From positions 1-35,816 of IMG/VR virus record IMGVR_UViG_3300026270_000013: a stretch of 35,816 bases of DNA; one strand, given 5' to 3'. The notes under the pieces are model-generated. The model saw only the letters and a list, made by a program, of their open reading frames with translations. It was not told where the DNA came from and ran no database searches. The DNA is from a virus (Duplodnaviria > Caudoviricetes). The translations under genes and the position numbers were made by a program. Positions 34,886-35,816 of the stretch are shown here, in pieces. Each line of letters begins with the position of its first letter. The first letter of the stretch is position 1.

Positions 34886-35050
34886 ATGATTAAAGTTGGT
34901 TCAAACGTCAAATCAAAAATACATGACGATCTTACTGGTCATGTTGTATTACTTGAGAGATTAAACAACTATGCTGTTATTATGACAGACATCATTGACT
35001 ATGAAATGATGACAGTTGAATGCTTCCTATCTGATTTGGAGGTAGCATAA
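34886..35050 (+). CDS. Small hypothetical protein (54 aa; not in the ORF track), possible SH3/KOW-like beta barrel
   Basis: Read manually: MIKVGSNVKSKIHDDLTGHVVLLERLNNYAVIMTDIIDYEMMTVECFLSDLEVA; TAATG-coupled to the next gene. Confidence 0.65.
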   Translation: MIKVGSNVKSKIHDDLTGHVVLLERLNNYAVIMTDIIDYEMMTVECFLSDLEVA

Positions 35051-35241
35051 TGAATTTTAGTATAGAAAAAAATGTAGAGATTCTCAGCGCTTACTATGTT
35101 GAGAGATTCAAACAACTAAGAGACAATGAACAGTATCAAGATGCTGATGCCATTGCTCAGGAATATGTTTGTAAGGGCGAAGTTGAAGATGAAAACTATC
35201 AATGGCTATATGCAACTTATCAATTCGAGGAGGCAAATTAA
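35050..35241 (+). CDS. Small acidic hypothetical protein, paralog of 32759..32965
   Basis: GGAGGT RBS; shared motif with 32759..32965. Confidence 0.7.
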   Translation: MNFSIEKNVEILSAYYVERFKQLRDNEQYQDADAIAQEYVCKGEVEDENYQWLYATYQFEEAN

Positions 35242-35417
35242 TGATTATTGACCCATTTTTAGAAAAACCCGATTACATTATGTCAGATAGAGAAGAGGAA
35301 CTAGAGGCAAGATATGTTGCCTTTCAAGAGTGGTTAAATAAGTGCCCGCTTGTGGTTACTGACTATCAAGATTTTACTGACGAATTTCAAATTACATTTT
35401 CTTTGGAGGCAGATTAA
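35241..35417 (+). CDS. Small hypothetical protein (58 aa)
   Basis: Start re-assigned to ATG 35241 (GGAGG RBS, TAATG coupling); F.EWLNKCP motif. Confidence 0.65.
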   Translation: MIIDPFLEKPDYIMSDREEELEARYVAFQEWLNKCPLVVTDYQDFTDEFQITFSLEAD

Positions 35418-35692
35418 TGATACATTCAGAAAGTTTTGGTAGAGCATTTTGGTTAGATGATGATAACGAGGTATGCTCAGCACCTTGGCGGAAAGATGGT
35501 ATAGTTGATACCGCCAATATGGATTATGTCAGCGAGTGGCAAGATATGGAAGGCGTAGATATAATGAAATTAATGAATGTAGTTAAAAGGTTAATTGATG
35601 ATAAGATGAATAATTATTCCAAAAACCTTACGAGATATGCCAAGAATATAACCAAAGAACAATTAAAAGGAATCAAAGGAAATTTGTTGTAA
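35417..35692 (+). CDS. Hypothetical protein (91 aa)
   Basis: GGAGG RBS, TAATG coupling; SFGR.FWLD....SAP...DG..D....DYVSEW. Confidence 0.7.
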   Translation: MIHSESFGRAFWLDDDNEVCSAPWRKDGIVDTANMDYVSEWQDMEGVDIMKLMNVVKRLIDDKMNNYSKNLTRYAKNITKEQLKGIKGNLL

Positions 35693-35737
35693 CTGTAACA
35701 CAAAAGTAACAAATACCTAAATATTTTGTACGAGATA

Positions 35738-35773
35738 TGTCACATTGACATTTATTCAAAATATTTGTATAAT
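35738..35773 (+). promoter_or_regulatory. Consensus sigma70 early promoter
   Basis: TGTCACA directly before TTGACA (35745-35750) - 17 nt - TATAAT (35768-35773). An ATG at 35805 opens an ORF that runs off the window. Confidence 0.85.
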
Positions 35774-35816
35774 GTATTGTAACCGCCCTTACGAGATTTT
35801 TGCCATGTCATCGCCA

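Overview
AT-rich fragment of a T4-like marine myovirus genome, most consistent with a cyanomyovirus (the Prochlorococcus P-SSM2-like assignment comes from recalled family resemblance and low GC, not a database search). All credible genes are on the + strand. 1-3641: gp5-like baseplate hub (5'-truncated by the window) and two spike-associated genes. 3638-4153: 2OG-Fe(II) oxygenase. 4192-30217: a ~26 kb late tail-fibre/adhesin island driven by T4-type late promoters (TATAAATA-like). It holds a 2043-aa fibre, a subtilisin (S8) protease, a fibre with a cupredoxin-like tip, and five two-gene cassettes. Each cassette is a short 'stalk/adaptor' gene with a shared 78-bp YEDVTN hinge, followed by a tightly coupled variable 'head' gene (beta-propeller, propeller+LamG, or glycine-rich). 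Adaptor N- and C-terminal modules are reassorted across the hinge, and head N-terminal peptides track the adaptor C-terminal domain type. This suggests a plug-and-socket, recombination-diversified receptor-binding array, which is the main candidate novel system. 30220-35816: early-type region of small genes, an SF2 helicase and an ArdA-like protein, punctuated by repeated sigma70 promoter/stem-loop elements and one candidate structured RNA leader. No tRNA, rRNA, CRISPR, integrase/transposase or reverse transcriptase was seen.
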